From Eledone cirrhosa (lineage: Eukaryota): a stretch of DNA of 64,000 nt. This document shows, piece by piece, positions 12,648 to 27,130 of the stretch. The position numbers were made by a program, and so were the translations under genes. The stretch spans positions 14,384,001 to 14,448,000 of the forward strand of contig OZ024760.1 of the NCBI GenBank assembly GCA_964016885.1. The letters are read 5' to 3'. How positions within the stretch are numbered: position 1 is the first letter of the stretch; every line of letters begins with the position of its first letter. The notes under the pieces are model-generated. The model was not told where the DNA came from, searched no databases, and saw only the letters and a list, made by a program, of their open reading frames with translations.

Positions 12648-13979
12648 GTGTACATAGATACATATATACATATATACATATATACATGCATGCATGCATG
12701 CATGCATACATACATACATACATGCATACATGCATACAAACATACATACATACAAGCATACATACATACACACATACACAAGCATACATACATGCATACA
12801 AACATACATATATACATACATATATACATACACATACATACATATATACACACAAACATATTGACACCATAATTCCAATCTGTTATGTACAGGACAGTAG
12901 TGGCTGTGATGGTTGTGGTGGTAGTTGTGGTGGTGGTGGTAGGTGTAGTGGTGGTGGTGGTAATTGTAGGTGTGGTGGTGGTGGCGGTGGTGGTGGTGGT
13001 ACTGGGTGTTTTGGTGGTGGTAGTAGTAGTGGTGGTACAAGGTGTTTTGGTAGTAGTAGTAGTGATGGTGGTGGTTGTAGTGGTGGTGGTGGCAGTTGTA
13101 GTGGTGGTGGTGCAGTAGTAGGGTGGCAGTGAACTGTGGGTGGAATGGGTGGGGCTGACTGTAGAGGGAGTGAAGGTGGAGGAGAGGAATGGCAGTACTG
13201 TCTATTTGGTTTTTGTCTTATCTGGTCTAATTACAGTAGCTTGTATATGTCGTTGTTGTTGTTGTCTTGTCTGCTGTTGTTACTAGAATGGTGAAGATAG
13301 CGAAGATGGTGGTGTTGTTGTTGTTGTTGGTTGTTGTTGTTGTTGTGATGATGATGATGATGATGTGTTCATGATATTGTTACACTGACAATGATCTTGC
13401 TGTGATCATGATGTTGTTGTTGTTGTTGTTTACTGTTATTGCCTGGAATGATGACAATGTTGTTTTCAGATGATGATGATGATAGTGATGGTATTTTGTC
13501 TATTGTGATGATGATGATGATGATGGTGATGGTGTTTTGTCTATTGTGATGCTGATGCTGGTGGTGGTGGTGTTTTGTCTACTGTTATGATCACGATGAT
13601 GATGATGGTGGTGTTGATGTTGATGATATTGGTGTATTATTGTTGTTGATGCTGATGATGATGATATTGGTGTATTATTGTTGTTGATGCTGATGATGAT
13701 GATATTGTTGATGTTTCTGTTAAGAAAGAAAGAAAACGAAAAACATAGAAAGAAAAAGAAAGAAAAGAGAGAGAGAGAAAAGAGAGAGAGAACGAAAGAA
13801 AGAAAGACATATAGAAAGACAGACGAATGAAAATCAGGAATGATAGAGAGAAAGAAGAAACTATATCTATAAAAATTGGTAGGAAGCAATAATAGCTGAC
13901 TGGACAGTGAATACTTCTTGAGTTCTACTGAACCATTTTAAAGGAAATGAAATGTCTTGTGTTAAGATATTTCAGGAAT

Positions 13980-14560
13980 ATTGACCCTTTCGTTGCCATA
14001 TTTCTAATGGAGCATAACATAAAGGTTCTTACACAAAAGTGTGATGGAAAAATTTTTGATAGGTTTTTTTAGATAAATATAAACACTTTAACCCCTTCAG
14101 TATCATATTTCTAATGGAACGTAACTTAACAAAGGTTCTTACATAAGTTCTTATAAAATTGTGATGGGAGAATTTTAGATAGGTTTTGAGATACTTTGTT
14201 ACTATATTTCTAATGGAACATAACTTAACAAAGGTTCTTATATAAAACTGTAATGAACGGTTTTGAGATAAATATAAACATTTTAACCCTTTCGTCACCA
14301 TATCTCTAATGGAACATAACTTAACAAAGGTCCTTACATAAAATCATGATGGAAGAATTTTAGATAGGTTTTGAGATAAATATAAACATTTTAACACTTT
14401 TGTTACCATATTTCTAATGGAACATAACATAACAAAGGTTCTTATATAAAATTATTTGAGATACATATAAACATTTTAACTCTTTCGTTAACATATTTCC
14501 AATAGAACATAACATAACAAAGATTCTTACATAAAATTATCATGGAAGATTTTGAGATAA
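13980..14560. repeat. Tandem array of the AT-rich repeat (~85-105-bp units, ~6 copies)
   Basis: Recurrent catatttctaatggaacataacttaacaaaggttctta...gagataaatataaacatttta. Confidence 0.85.
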
Positions 14561-15337
14561 ATAGTACCAGTCATGCACTGGGGTTGATTTCATCCACACT
14601 GTAAAAGTGGTTGGTGTTAAGAAGGGCATCCAGCTGTAAAAAAAAACCCGCCAAAGACACTTCCGTATGAGCGAGACACAGTCTCCCGACCAATCCTGCA
14701 TCAAATGGAACAAAACCATCTAACCCATGCTAGCGTGGAAGATGGATACTAAATGATGATGATGATGATTTACTGAAACCGAATTTATTTCATTAGAAAT
14801 ACTATAATGAAATGGTTATTAATAAGGTTAAGGAGGTTGTTATCTAATACATCTACTACTTTATGATGGGATGGATATTTCCTGAATTTCAATCTGGGAC
14901 CATTTTTCTATAATGATGTTATCTCTGTTTTCAAGGAAGTAAGCTTTCCATCGTATACATTTTATGACACCCTCTGTGCTTTTCAATGAGTGCTTTTAAG
15001 TAGACCCTGCTTTGTGGTGTTGGAATGTTTTTAAGTAGCTAAACACCATCATCATCATCACCCCCCTCCTCCTCCTCCTCTTTTGCATTACCATCATCAT
15101 CATCATCATTTTAGGTTCGCTCTCCATGCTAGCATGGGTTAGACAGGTTGTCATGGTTGGAGACTAGAAACTATCCCGTACATACAGGGCTGTAACTCTA
15201 TGCCATGAAGCAGGGTGTCTGAAGCTCTACCGATGCTGCCAAATGATAATGATGATGCTGATGATAATGATGATGATGATGACAACACTGCTTTTGTATA
15301 AAACTATGCTAGAAGGTTCCAATTCAAACACAAACAC

Positions 15338-16016
15338 TTAACCCTTTAGCACTTACATTACTCTATATTTACTATTATATTTTCATGGCAAACTCACATA
15401 ATATCGAATCTATGAGATTTTGATATTATTTATTTTGAGAACAATACCTTAACATCAGTATGAGTGGCCGGTTATAGCCGGTTTAAGCCTTTATATTACT
15501 GTACCATGAAAATATAATAGTAAATATAAACACTTTATCTCACATAATATTGAATCGATTTTATTTATTTTGAGTTCAAATCCTGCCAAGGTTAACTTAG
15601 CCATAAAGTAGAAGTAATAATAATAATAATTATTATTATTATAAAACCAGCTCGGTAGAGCGTCAGACACCATGCTTTGCAGCATAGAGTTATAGCCATT
15701 CATATCTTGCTGAGGTTGACTTTGCTTTTCATCCTTACGGGGTCGATAAAATAAAGTACCAGTAATGCACTGGGATAATTGTTGGCCTTGTGCCAAAAGT
15801 AGAAACAATTATTTATTTTGGGAACAATACTTTAGCGACCAGTTACAGCTAGTTACGGCCAGTTACAGCCAGTTACGGCTAGTTACGGCCAGTTACGGCT
15901 AGTTACGGCCAGTAACAGCCACTTACGGCCAGTTACGGCCACTTACAGCCAGTTTGAACAGAAAGAGGTGAGAGAATTCTTGCCTGATACAGCTAGTTTA
16001 AATGATAAAGGGTTAA
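15338..16016. mobile_element. piggyBac-type MITE (TTAA-CCC...GGG-TTAA) with nested SINE pieces (15570-15812) and an internal 10-bp tandem (15838-15955)
   Basis: Termini ttaaccctttagcactta / tttaaatgataaagggttaa; body matches 34991-35215. Confidence 0.75.
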
Positions 16017-17199
16017 ATAAAAATTTAAAAAGAAAAAGAACCGCCTCCGATAGTCTTGTTTCATAGAAGCAGAAGTGGTTCCAGGATGGTTGGCATCAAA
16101 CAACGGAATGGCAGTCTTCAAATGAAAGATGAAGTGAATAGTTTTACAGTTGGATCGTTTATATCACCTGAAATACTAGGAATGGTGAGAGATTGGCCAT
16201 GTATGATAAATGTTTTGTAGTTAGGGTAGAACATTGGTGCCAAGAATTAGTGAAGCAGTTAGCAGAATTTTGCTCAGAAGTTTTGGTCTTTTATAGATTT
16301 CATGTAAAGTTTTTTATATTCCACTTTAGTTAGTTTTGTGTGTGTGTGTGTGTGTATGTGTGTGTGTATGTGTGTGTATGTGTATGTGTGTGTGTATGTT
16401 TGTGTGTATGTGAATGCGTGTGTGTATGTGTGTGTGTGTGTATGTGTGTGTATGTGTATGCATGTGTGTATGTTTGTATGTGTGTGTATGTGTGTGTGTG
16501 TGTGTATTTGTATCATCACCATCATCCTCATCACTATAATTCCACCGTCATCATCACCACTATCATCATCATCAGCACCACCACTATCATCCCCATCACA
16601 CCACCACCACCACATCTATACGTGTGTGTATGTCTTTATATATGCGTGCTTGTGTTTTTATCTATATGTGTATCTCTCAATATATATATGTGTGTGTGTG
16701 TGTGTGTATTGTTATCTATATATGTGAGTGTGTCATTGTGATAAAAAAGAAACTTAATAGATTTCAGGTCTGAGGAGAAAATTGACTTCATGTAAACATA
16801 TTTAGTGTCAAATGGACAGAGATTGGACAGTCTGGAGAGATTGATAGGGGGAGAGAGATGTATAGGGAGACAGAGAGAGAGGAGGAGAGAGATAGGGGAG
16901 AGAGAAAGAGGGAGAGAGAGGGAAGGGTTGATAGCAAGTGAGATAGAAATAGTGCTAAAGAGATGTGGATTAGGAGAGAGGGAATGGGATAGATGGTTAT
17001 ACACACACACACACACACAGATAATGAGACAGATAGAGAGATAGACAGAAAGGGGAGAAAGAAAGAGTAAGGGAGAAAATAAAAGAAAGAAATAGGGGGA
17101 TTAAAATAGTAGATTAGCTGAAGCAGAACTCTTTGTTGTTGAAGTCTCTTATCTCTGTTGAAATGTTATTGAAAGTTAGAAAGATTTCTTGTTTGTGCA

Positions 17200-17480
17200 A
17201 AAGAACTCTACATAAAATATAACCATCTTCTACAAATATATAAGAATTCTCTACAAATCTCTAACAACCTTCTACAAAATTATGAGAATTCTCTACAAAA
17301 GTATAAAAACCCTCTACAAAATTATGATAATTCTCTACAAAATTATGATAGTTCTCTACAAAAGTCGAATTTTCTACAAATATATGATACTTCTCTACAG
17401 AAAGGTGACAATTCTCTACAAACACATGGGTTCTCTACAAATATATAATAACTTTCTACAATTACAAAACAACACTCTAA
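17200..17480. repeat. Degenerate ~21-bp minisatellite (ttctctacaaaattatga)
   Basis: About 12 recurrences of ctctaca/ttctaca. Confidence 0.8.
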
Positions 17481-17930
17481 AGAAAGGTCACTAATTTGAT
17501 GTCTCTTGTATTTTAGAGGTATGGTGTTAGGAAGGGCACCCAGCTGTAGAAATCAAGACAGAATCAGTTCCCGTATAAGCAAGACAAGGTCAGCCGACTG
17601 GACACTGCCCACAACAGGACAACCCGTCTAACCCATGCTAGCACGGAAGAACGAACGTAAAACGGTGATGATGATATATTCACGCACACACGGGTGTCAC
17701 AACAAAAAATCGCCCAGTCCACACTGTAAAGTGGTCGGGTAGGCGCCATGGAAAAAAAGCACCCAGCACTCACTGTAAATGAGGTTGGTGTTAGGAAGGG
17801 CATCCAAGCAAGACATGGTCACCCAACTTGGCATTGCCCACAACAGGACAACCTGTCTAACCCATGCTAGCATGGAAGAATGGACATAAAACGGTGATGA
17901 TGATGACATACATACACACACACACACACA

Positions 17931-18208
17931 TATATATGCACATACACACACATAATACACATATATACATCATCATCATTTTACGTCTGCTTTTCCCTGC
18001 TTGCAAGGGTGGGATGGGTCTTATTCAGCACAGCATCTCTCCACTTGTCACGGTCCTTCACGGTGGAGATGATGAAGGACCGTGACAAGTGGAGAGATGC
18101 TGTGCTGAATAAGACCCGTCCCACCCTTGCAAGCAGGGAAAAGCGGATGTAAAATGGTGATGATGATGATGTATATATATGTATTATGTGTGTGTATGTG
18201 CATATATA
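17931..18208. repeat. Fold-back palindrome of an RTE 3' end including its flanking microsatellite
   Basis: ~130-bp arms around 18061-18072; arm sequence matches 23795-23900. Confidence 0.85.
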
Positions 18209-18857
18209 TATATATAAACAGACACACATACATATGATTATCTATGAAATGAAATCTTGAAGGAGACCAGCTAAACATACATAGATGTGAGCTGTAGCAT
18301 CAACATGATAGGACTGGGGCCTTTATTATTAAAACAGCAGAAACTATCTGAGATGCAATCTTGAAGGGGGCCAGTTAAACCTACATAATGCCACAAGCAT
18401 TCATTCAATATAGGTTTCTGGTATATAATTCTAGGAAGATTTGGCTGCTATTTCTGGCAAGTCAATCGCCCATATAAATACTTCCTAGCTATGCCTTCTG
18501 TAATATATTTTGCAAATACAGACAACATATCTACTTCCCATACAAACCCCTTACTATGTTAAGTGCAAAAGGGCCCCAAGTTGTAAGTGCTTACCCTACC
18601 TCTACCCATCCAGAATAACAAACATAAACAAAGGGGACCCTTTATAAGTGAAGCCATGTTACCTATAAATACAGTCAATGAAAATATCTTTATACAGAGA
18701 GAGAAAGACAAATCTCTATTGTTTTAAGTGCAGGACGCCATTCCTTCCCCAGACTCCCAGATCACACTGATACTTTCATGTACGAAACCAATGTTCTGAG
18801 GATATTTCTGAACCAATGAGGAAGCTTTGATGTTTATCATCATCATCGACATCATCA

Positions 18858-19045
18858 TTGGCAGTATCGGTAGAGGGTTGGACGCCATGCTTTGACGTAT
18901 AGAGTTACGGCCCTTGCCATTCTGAGTTCAAATCCCGCCGAGGTTAACTTTGCCTTTCATCCTTACGGGGTCGATAAAATAAAGTACCAGTAATGCACTG
19001 GGATAATTGCTGGCCTTGTGCCAAAAGTAGAAACAATTATTATTA
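18858..19045 (+). mobile_element. Meta-domain tRNA-SINE; further copies at 23307-23491, 24683-24853, 29195-29330, 31117-31300(-), 32248-32437, 32451-32630, 35369-35575, 35582-35780, 49740-49922(-), 55365-55475(-), 56838-56980, 60920-61185, 62258-62447(-)
   Basis: Pol III A/B boxes, ctttgcctttcatccttacggggtcgataaaataaagtaccag core, ggccttgtgccaaaagtagaaacaatt(att)n tail. Confidence 0.9.
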
Positions 19046-19736
19046 CCATCACCACTCTCATCTTTCTTGTCATCATCACCATCGTCATCATCATCACCAT
19101 CACCACTCTCATCTTTCTTGTCATCACCATCATCATCATCATCACCACCACCACCACCACCACCATTCTCTTCTTTCTTATCACCATCATCATCATCATC
19201 AACACCACCACCACTCTCATCATCACCATCACCACCTCCATCACTCTCATTTTTCTTATCATCATCACCACCACTCTCATCATTCTTGTTATCATCATCA
19301 TCATCATCATCACCACCACTACCACCACTCATCATTCTCGTTGTCATCATCACCATCACCATCATCATCAGTATAACCACCACCACTTTCGTCACCATCA
19401 CCACCACCACCGCCACTCTCACCATTTTTGTCATCATCATCACCATTACTATTGTAATCATCACCACCATCATCATCACCACCACCACCATCATCATCAC
19501 CATTACTATTGTAATCATCACCATCATCATCACCATTACCATCATCATCATCACCATCATCACCATCACCACCATCACCACCACCACCACCATCACCACC
19601 ACCACCATCACCACCACCATCACCACCATCACCACCACCATCACCACCATCACCACCACCATCACCACCACCATCACCACCATCACCACCACCATCACCA
19701 CCACCACCATCACCATCACCACCATCATCATCATCA
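19045..19736. repeat. (CAT/CAC)n trinucleotide array
   Basis: Directly visible; source of the poly-His/Thr/Ile pseudo-ORFs. Confidence 0.95.
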
Positions 19737-19900
19737 GGTGTATCTTACTTAAAATAAAGTTTCTTAAAGCAGTACGTACACACACATTCACGCACACATA
19801 TGTATGTATGCGTATGTATGTATGTATGTATGTGTATATGTATGTGTATGTGTATGTATGTATGTGTGTATGTATGTGTATGTATGTGTGTATGTATGTA

Positions 19901-20413
19901 TGTGATTCCTTGAAGGCCTCTCTGAAAGACGCTAACATCTCTGCTGATACATGGGAAAATATTGCTGCTGATCGTAATAAATGGAGAAAGACTGTATATG
20001 AGGGAAAAGTTGCCTTTGAGGCATCTCGAATCGCACACGAGAAAGTAAAGCGGGACGTGAGGAAGGGTATTGCTGTTGCACTTCCAGACGGCGAGGGTCC
20101 TCCTATGTTTCTGACATGCAGCGTCTGTGCGAGACTCTGCCTAAGCAAAGCTGGACTCGAAAGTCATCTTCGCAGTCATAAAGTAAGACCAGTGGTTGAC
20201 TACCAGGCTGCTGTTGGAGATGCTACTCATCATGCTTGCCAAACATGTGGTAGAGAATGTAAATCAGCAGGAGGACTCAAGCGACATGCAAAAGTACACG
20301 AACTCCAACCACAGCCGACTATTCCCAGTAAATGTTTTGGTTGCCGACTCTGTGCAAGACATTTTGGATCATTGGCTGGGCTAAAAAGCCACATTCGATC
20401 GCAGCACTGTTAG
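19901..20413 (+). mobile_element. RTE (BovB-like) LINE ORF C-terminus with three C2H2 zinc fingers; probable 3' tail at 20903-20941
   Basis: DSLKASLKDANISADTWENIAADRNKWR (RTE C-terminal motif), then CSVC..H..H, CQTC..H...H, CRLC..H....H, then stop; uninterrupted frame of ~170 aa. Confidence 0.8.
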
Positions 20414-20421
20414 TTGCTATC

Positions 20422-20461
<40 letters not shown>

Positions 20462-20540
20462 GCTTATGTGCGTGCGTGTGTGTGTATATATATATGAATA
20501 TGTATATTATTATTGTTGTTGTCGTTATTATTATTATTGC

Positions 20541-20580
<40 letters not shown>

Positions 20581-20761
20581 GTTATTAATGTATGTGTGTA
20601 TATATGTGTGAGTGTATGTGTATGTATGTGTGTGTGTATATATGTATGTATGTGTATGTATGTGTGTGTGTGTATATGTATGTGTATATATATATATATG
20701 TATATATATGTGTGTGTATATATATATATATATATATCTTTTTTTTTTATTTTTTTTTTTT

Positions 20762-20867
<106 letters not shown>

Positions 20868-21113
20868 TTTTTTATTTTTTTTTATTTTTTTTTTTTTTAT
20901 TGTGCAATGGCCATACTCGATAACGAGGGGGCAGCCATCATGTATGTATGTGTGTATGTGTATGTATGTATGTATGTGTGTATGTGTGTGTATGTGTATG
21001 TGTGTGTGTATGTATGTGTATGTGTGTGTATGTGTGTGTGTATGTATGTGTGTATGTGTATGTATGTATGTATGTGTGTATGTGTGTGTATGTGTATGTG
21101 TGTGTGTATGTAT

Positions 21114-21171
<58 letters not shown>

Positions 21172-21365
21172 GTATGTGTGTGTGTGTGTGTGACAGCTCA
21201 CACCTATGCAGGTTTAGCTGGCCTCCTCCAAGGTATATCTCGTTGGAGGGTGTATATATGTATATATATATGTATTATATAAATATATACACACATAACA
21301 CATACACACACATATTTATATGTATATATATATACACACACACGCATATATATGTATACACACGC

Positions 21366-22025
21366 ACAGTATACATACATTATATATATATACAGTATAT
21401 ATATATATATACACACTGTATATACTCAGTATATATACATGTATATACATATATACACACACATATATATGTACATATACATATATATATATATATACAT
21501 GTATGTATACTGTATATACAGTGTATATACATATATATATATATACTGTATATATATATACTGTATATATATATATACTGTATATATATATACTGTATAT
21601 ATATATATATATACTGTATATATATATATATATACTGTATATATATATATATATATATATATACTGTATATATATATATATATATATACTGTATATATAT
21701 ATATATATATACTGCATATATATATATATACTGTATATATATATATATATATACTGTATATATATATATATATATACTGTATATATATATATATATATAC
21801 TGTATGTATATATATATATATACTGTATAGATATATATATACTGCATAGATATATATATACTGTATATAGATATATATATACTGTATATAGATATATATA
21901 TACTGTATATAGATATATATATACTGTATATAGATATATATATACTGTATATAGATATATATATATATATACTGTATAGATATAGATATACTGTATATAT
22001 ATATATATAATGTATGTATACTGTG
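21366..22025. repeat. (TA)n array punctuated by CTG (later also TAGA)
   Basis: Repeating tatatatatactg units. Confidence 0.95.
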
Positions 22026-22489
22026 CGTGTGTATGTGTATATACACACACATATATATATATATATATATTATAGAGAGAGAGAGAGCATATAAACATGG
22101 TAGTATGGTATATACAGCTTCTCCATAGACCATATATTTCATATACAACATGAAATTGTCTCCACACTTCAAAGACGGAGAGAAAGTCATTATAAACGCC
22201 ATTGCTTTAATATGTAAACTGTTGACATGATGGGCCTCTTTGGGCTTTCTAACTCCATTTACCAATATTTAATGATGTTACCCATGGAAGGTGTGTGTAT
22301 ATTTAGAGGGGGGGGGGGTATATTTAGATGTGTGTGTGTGTGTGTGTGTATATTTAGAGGGGTGTGTGTGTATATATATTTAGAGGGTGTGTGTATGTTT
22401 GTATGTGTGTATGTATGTGTGTGTGTCTTGTGGATGCAACGTGTGTGTATCTGTGTTATGGATGTAATGTAAGTGTGAAATCTTGCATG

Positions 22490-22955
22490 ATTATGAAGAT
22501 GGTGATGGTGATGATGGTGATAAGATGATGGTGATGTAGGTGATGATGGTGATGATGATGGTGATGTAAGTGATGATGCAGGTGATGATGATGTTGATGG
22601 TGTAGGTGATGATGATGTAGGTGATGATGATGGTGATGATGACGATGAAGATGATGATGATCTAGGTGGTGATGGTGATAATGATGTAGGTGATGATGGC
22701 AATAATGGTGATAATGATGGTGATGATGATGTAGGTGATAATGGTGATAATGGTGATAATAATGATGATGATGGTGATGATGGTGATGATGATGGTGATA
22801 ATGATGATGGTGATGATGATGGTGATAATGATGGTGATGATGGTGATAATGGTGATAATAATGGTGATGATGATGGTGATGATGGTGATGATGGTGATGA
22901 TGGTGATGATGATGGTGATAATGATGATGGTGATGATGATGGTGGTGATGGTGAA
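22490..22955. repeat. (GAT/GGT)n array
   Basis: Directly visible. Confidence 0.95.
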
Positions 22956-23234
22956 TGTTGTAGACAGAACCCACAAATTGGTAATTAACAGTTCTAACTT
23001 CCAATCATTGTTTCAATCTGATTAACTCTGACTTAATCAACATTTGCTGCTTTTTCAAGTAAATAAAAAGAAAACCTAGACAAGAAATTATGTGAAACCC
23101 TTTCATTACCATACTTTCATAATCAAAGGCACTCCTTTTTATTTTCAAATAATCTTCAAAATAATTAAGAATTTGGAGAGATTTAGTAATATAACTAACC
23201 CCCCAAATTATTTATCTGGTGTTTGGAATATAAC

Positions 23235-24608
23235 TTAACCCTTTAGCATTTACATTATATACTATTATATTTTCATGGTAAAGTCTTTACCTCACATAAT
23301 TATATGGATTGGCAGTATCGGTAGAAGGTCGGACGCCATGCTTTGACGCATAGAGTTACGGCCCTTGCCATTCTGAGTTCAAATCCCGCCGAGGTTAACT
23401 TTGCCTTTCATCCTTACGGGGACGATAAAATAAAGTACCAGTAATGCACTGGGATAATTACTGGCCTTGTGCCAAATGTAGAAACAATAAATATCTCACA
23501 TAACATTTACATTACTCTATATTTACTATTTCATTGCTCCGTTGGATGTGCAGTGTAAATGTGCGTGAACGACCCAGCATGAATGTGTTGAGAGAGAAAC
23601 TGTGTCTGAGAGGGATAGAATGTAGTGTACGGGAGAGGAGACTGAGGTGGTATGGACATGTGATGTGCATGGAGGATGACCGATGGGTGAAGAAGTGCCA
23701 GGAAATGCCAGTTGAAGTAGAGGTAGAGGTAGACCACGAAAAACATGGGCGAAGGTGGTGAGAACAGAACTCAGATCGCTGAAGCTCACGGTGGAGATGA
23801 CGAAGGACCGGGACAAGGGGAGAGATGTTGTGCTGAATAAGACCCGTCCCACCCTTGCAAGCAGGGAAAAGTGGACGTAAAATGAGGATGAAGATGATGA
23901 TTTTCATGGTAACGTCTTTACCTCACATAATTATCTCACATATTTACATTATTCTATATTTACTATTGTATTTTCATGGTAAAGGCTTTACTTCACATAA
24001 TTATCTCACATAACATTTACATTACTCTATATTTACTAATGTATTTTCATGGTAAAGGCTTTACTTCACATAATTATCTCACATAACATTTACATTACTC
24101 TATATTTACTATTGTATTTTCATGGTAAAGGCTTTACTTCACATAATTATCTCACATATTTACATTACTCTATATTTACTATTATATTTTCATGGTAAAG
24201 GCTTTACTTCACATAATTATCTCACATAACATTTACATTACTCTATATTTACTATTGTATTTTCATGGTAAAGGCTTTACTTCACATAATTATCTCACAT
24301 ATTTACATTACTCTATATATACTATTGTATTTTCATGGTAAAGGCTTTACTTCACATAATTATCTCACATAACATTTACATTACTCTATATTTACTATTA
24401 TATTTTCATGGTAAAGGCTTTACCTCACATAATTATCTCACATAACATTTACATTATTCTATATTTACTATTATATGAGATTTTGATATTATTTATGTTG
24501 AGAACAATACCTTAACATCAGTATGAGTGGCCAATTACAGCCAGTTTGAACAAAAAGAGGTGAGTGTATTCTGGCCAGATACAGCCAGTTTAAATGCTGA
24601 AGGGTTAA
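23235..24608. mobile_element. piggyBac-type MITE expanded by a nested SINE, a nested RTE fragment and ~8 tandem 70-73-bp units
   Basis: ttaaccctttagcattta ... tttaaatgctgaagggttaa; inserted at the TTAA of the AT-rich repeat (ggaatataac-TTAA-caggcttttacataaaa). Confidence 0.8.
23535..23900 (+). mobile_element. RTE LINE 3' end
   Basis: LRWMCSV..RERRLRWYGHVMCM; after a frameshift GRGRPRKTW..DRDKGR; (GAT)n tail. Confidence 0.85.
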
Positions 24609-25202
24609 CAGGCTTTTACATAAAATTATAATGGAAGGTTTTCAAATAAATATAAACACTTCAACCCTTCCATTATTATATGTCGGACGCCATGCTTTGT
24701 AGCATAGAATTACACCCCTTTACGGCCTGAGTTTAAATCCCGCTGAGGTTAACTTTGCCTTTCATCCTTGCGGGGTCGATAAAATAAAGTACCAGTAATA
24801 CACTGGGGTAATTGCTGGCCTTGTGCCAAAAGTAGAAACAATTATTATTATTATGAAACTGACCGTGCTGTTGTTTTGTAAAAATCAATCGATTTCTTAT
24901 CTAGATAGATCTTTACAGTTTAGAGTACAATGAAGCTTTTTGGTGGTGGTGGTTATGGTAGTGGTGGTGGTGGTGGTGGTTATGGTGATGATGATGGCGG
25001 TGGTGTTAATGGAAATGTTTAAGATTATTGTGGTGATAGTGATTATGCTGTTGATAATGATGATGATGATAGAAATGATGACGTTGATGATGATGGTGAT
25101 AATGAGGATGTTAATGATGATGATGATGGTGATAGTGATAATGATGATGTTAATGATAAGGGTGATGATGGTAATAGAGATGATAGTGATGATGATGATA
25201 GA

Positions 25203-25236
<34 letters not shown>

Positions 25237-25479
25237 TATGTGTGAGTCAATGGAATGTAGTGCTGAGTGTTTCATGGTAAAACTGGGGGAAGACGGGAAA
25301 GTTAGGGGTTTGAAATATAAATGAAAATTACACAAAAGAAATTATCATTGAATGGCGACAGGTTAAATTATAGGTTTAGATTGGTTGTGTGAGTGTATGT
25401 ATATATATATGTATGTGTGTATGTGTGTGCATAGTTCTCTCGCTCACTTTATATATTTATATATATATATATATATTAA

Positions 25480-25755
25480 TGGCTTAGTGGTTAGAGCATT
25501 GGCCTTGCAATCGAAAGGTTGTGAGTTCAATTCTCAGACCGGGTGATGTGTTGTTTCCTTGAGCAAGACACTTTATTTCACGTTGCACCAGTTTACTCAG
25601 CTGAAAATGAGTACCAGCAATAGCTGGAGGTTTAACCCTGCGATGGACTGGCGTCCTGTCCAGGGGGATCTTGTATTCTCAGTCGCTTCATGCCATGAAA
25701 CCGGAATTAGCCCCGGCCAAATGAGCCTTCTGGCTTAAGAGAGACTTAAGACTTA
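25480..25755 (+). mobile_element. tRNA-SINE with CORE-like and V-like domains
   Basis: Box A tggcttagtgg, box B gttcaattc, ccttgagcaagacactt (CORE-like), ccctgcgatggactggcgtcctgtccagggg (V-like). Confidence 0.8.
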
Positions 25756-26119
25756 TGGCCTGCCCGCCCAGCCAGTGGGATGGCGTCATCATATGGCTAA
25801 AACAGCACGTGTTGTGACCAGCGGCGCTGAATGGCGCCCGACAGACTGGTCGGTCAAGGTGATATATATATATATAAAGATATATTTTAACGGCTTGTAA
25901 CTCTCTCATTCATTCATTCTTTTGCTTACTCCAGCTCTGCTTTACTTTTACACTAAATATTAACTTTCTTTAATATTTAACCCTGATAACCAAAGCGTTG
26001 AGCCCACTACGCATCTGCTTTTGGCATGTAATATTCTGTATCGCACCTCTTTATATCTCTTCTTTCTACCCTCTTTTACGATACTGTAACCTATTATTAT
26101 ATATATATATATATACACA

Positions 26120-26207
26120 TTAGGGTAGCCCTTAGCAATAGGTAATTTTCCGAAAGTTAAATTTTTGCTAAACCTTTAGAAAGTTGAAAAATAAGGGCCA
26201 CCCTTAT
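26120..26207. mobile_element. Tiny MITE with ~14-bp TIRs
   Basis: tagggtagccctta ... taagggccaccctta. Confidence 0.5.
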
Positions 26208-26363
26208 ATACATATATATACATATTTTCTTGTGTGAATTCATGCCTGTGCACATATTTACACAGACATATATATATATATATATTAATGTATATATATA
26301 TATATATATAAACCCATGCTAGCGTGGAAGATAGATGTTAAACGATGATGATGATATATATAT

Positions 26364-26648
26364 ATTCTATTCTATTCTAGAGCGGGTAAAATTCCCGAGA
26401 TCCATGGACGAGTTCTCTCCAGTGGTCTCTGTCCCTCATCATCACTGCCATATCCTGCGTCTCCAACAGACCAGTGTCTGTCCTTAGGGCATCAACATAC
26501 GTTAACCTTGGTCTTCCTCTTCCAGTGTGTCCATGCAGGGGCTCCCACAGGAGCACTGAGTGCAATGTCAACTCTGGATGTCGGTGAGCATGTCCAGCTA
26601 ACCTCAGTCTCCTCTGTGTCACTTTTGTGCTGACTTTTTCATATGTAT
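26364..26648 (-). mobile_element. RTE-type LINE 3' end with (TAGAA)n tail
   Basis: RRLRLAGHAHRHPE..LLWEP.HG..GRGRPRLTYVD..DRDHWR. Confidence 0.85.
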
Positions 26649-26650
26649 TA

Positions 26651-26793
26651 AACAAAGAAAGTGTGGTAAGAAACCAGGTCGACCATAACGCACCAGAGTA
26701 CTCAATACTTAGTGTAGTAGAGTAGGTAATAGAAAAAGAGTCAGGACTCCAACAGCTGAGCTCTGGCCGTCGGTGTCCTGACTCTTTTCCTAT
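26651..26793. mobile_element. Family C fold-back insert
   Basis: Same sequence as 5120 and 8001; short arm ends ttttcctata. Confidence 0.7.
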
Positions 26794-26815
26794 ATATTTA
26801 TATATATATATGTGT

Positions 26816-26893
<78 letters not shown>

Positions 26894-27079
26894 CATCATT
26901 ATGATAATGATGGCATATGTATGTGAGTGACAAAGAGAGAATGTATATAGATTTATATTAAGCTCGTCTGTGTCTGTGTGTGTGTGTGTGTGTGTTGAGT
27001 CGTCAAATATGAAATTTGTTGAAATTTATTTTTTCTTGTTTTTGCCTACAAATTACTACAAATTTCATACTTGACGAAC

Positions 27080-27130
<51 letters not shown>

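Noticed and set aside
18858-18940. tRNA gene
   Set aside because: A/B boxes are present but there is no complete cloverleaf; it is a SINE head with many diverged copies.
23920-24475. CRISPR-like 72-bp periodic array
   Set aside because: The units are entirely repeated with no spacers, and derive from the MITE subterminus.
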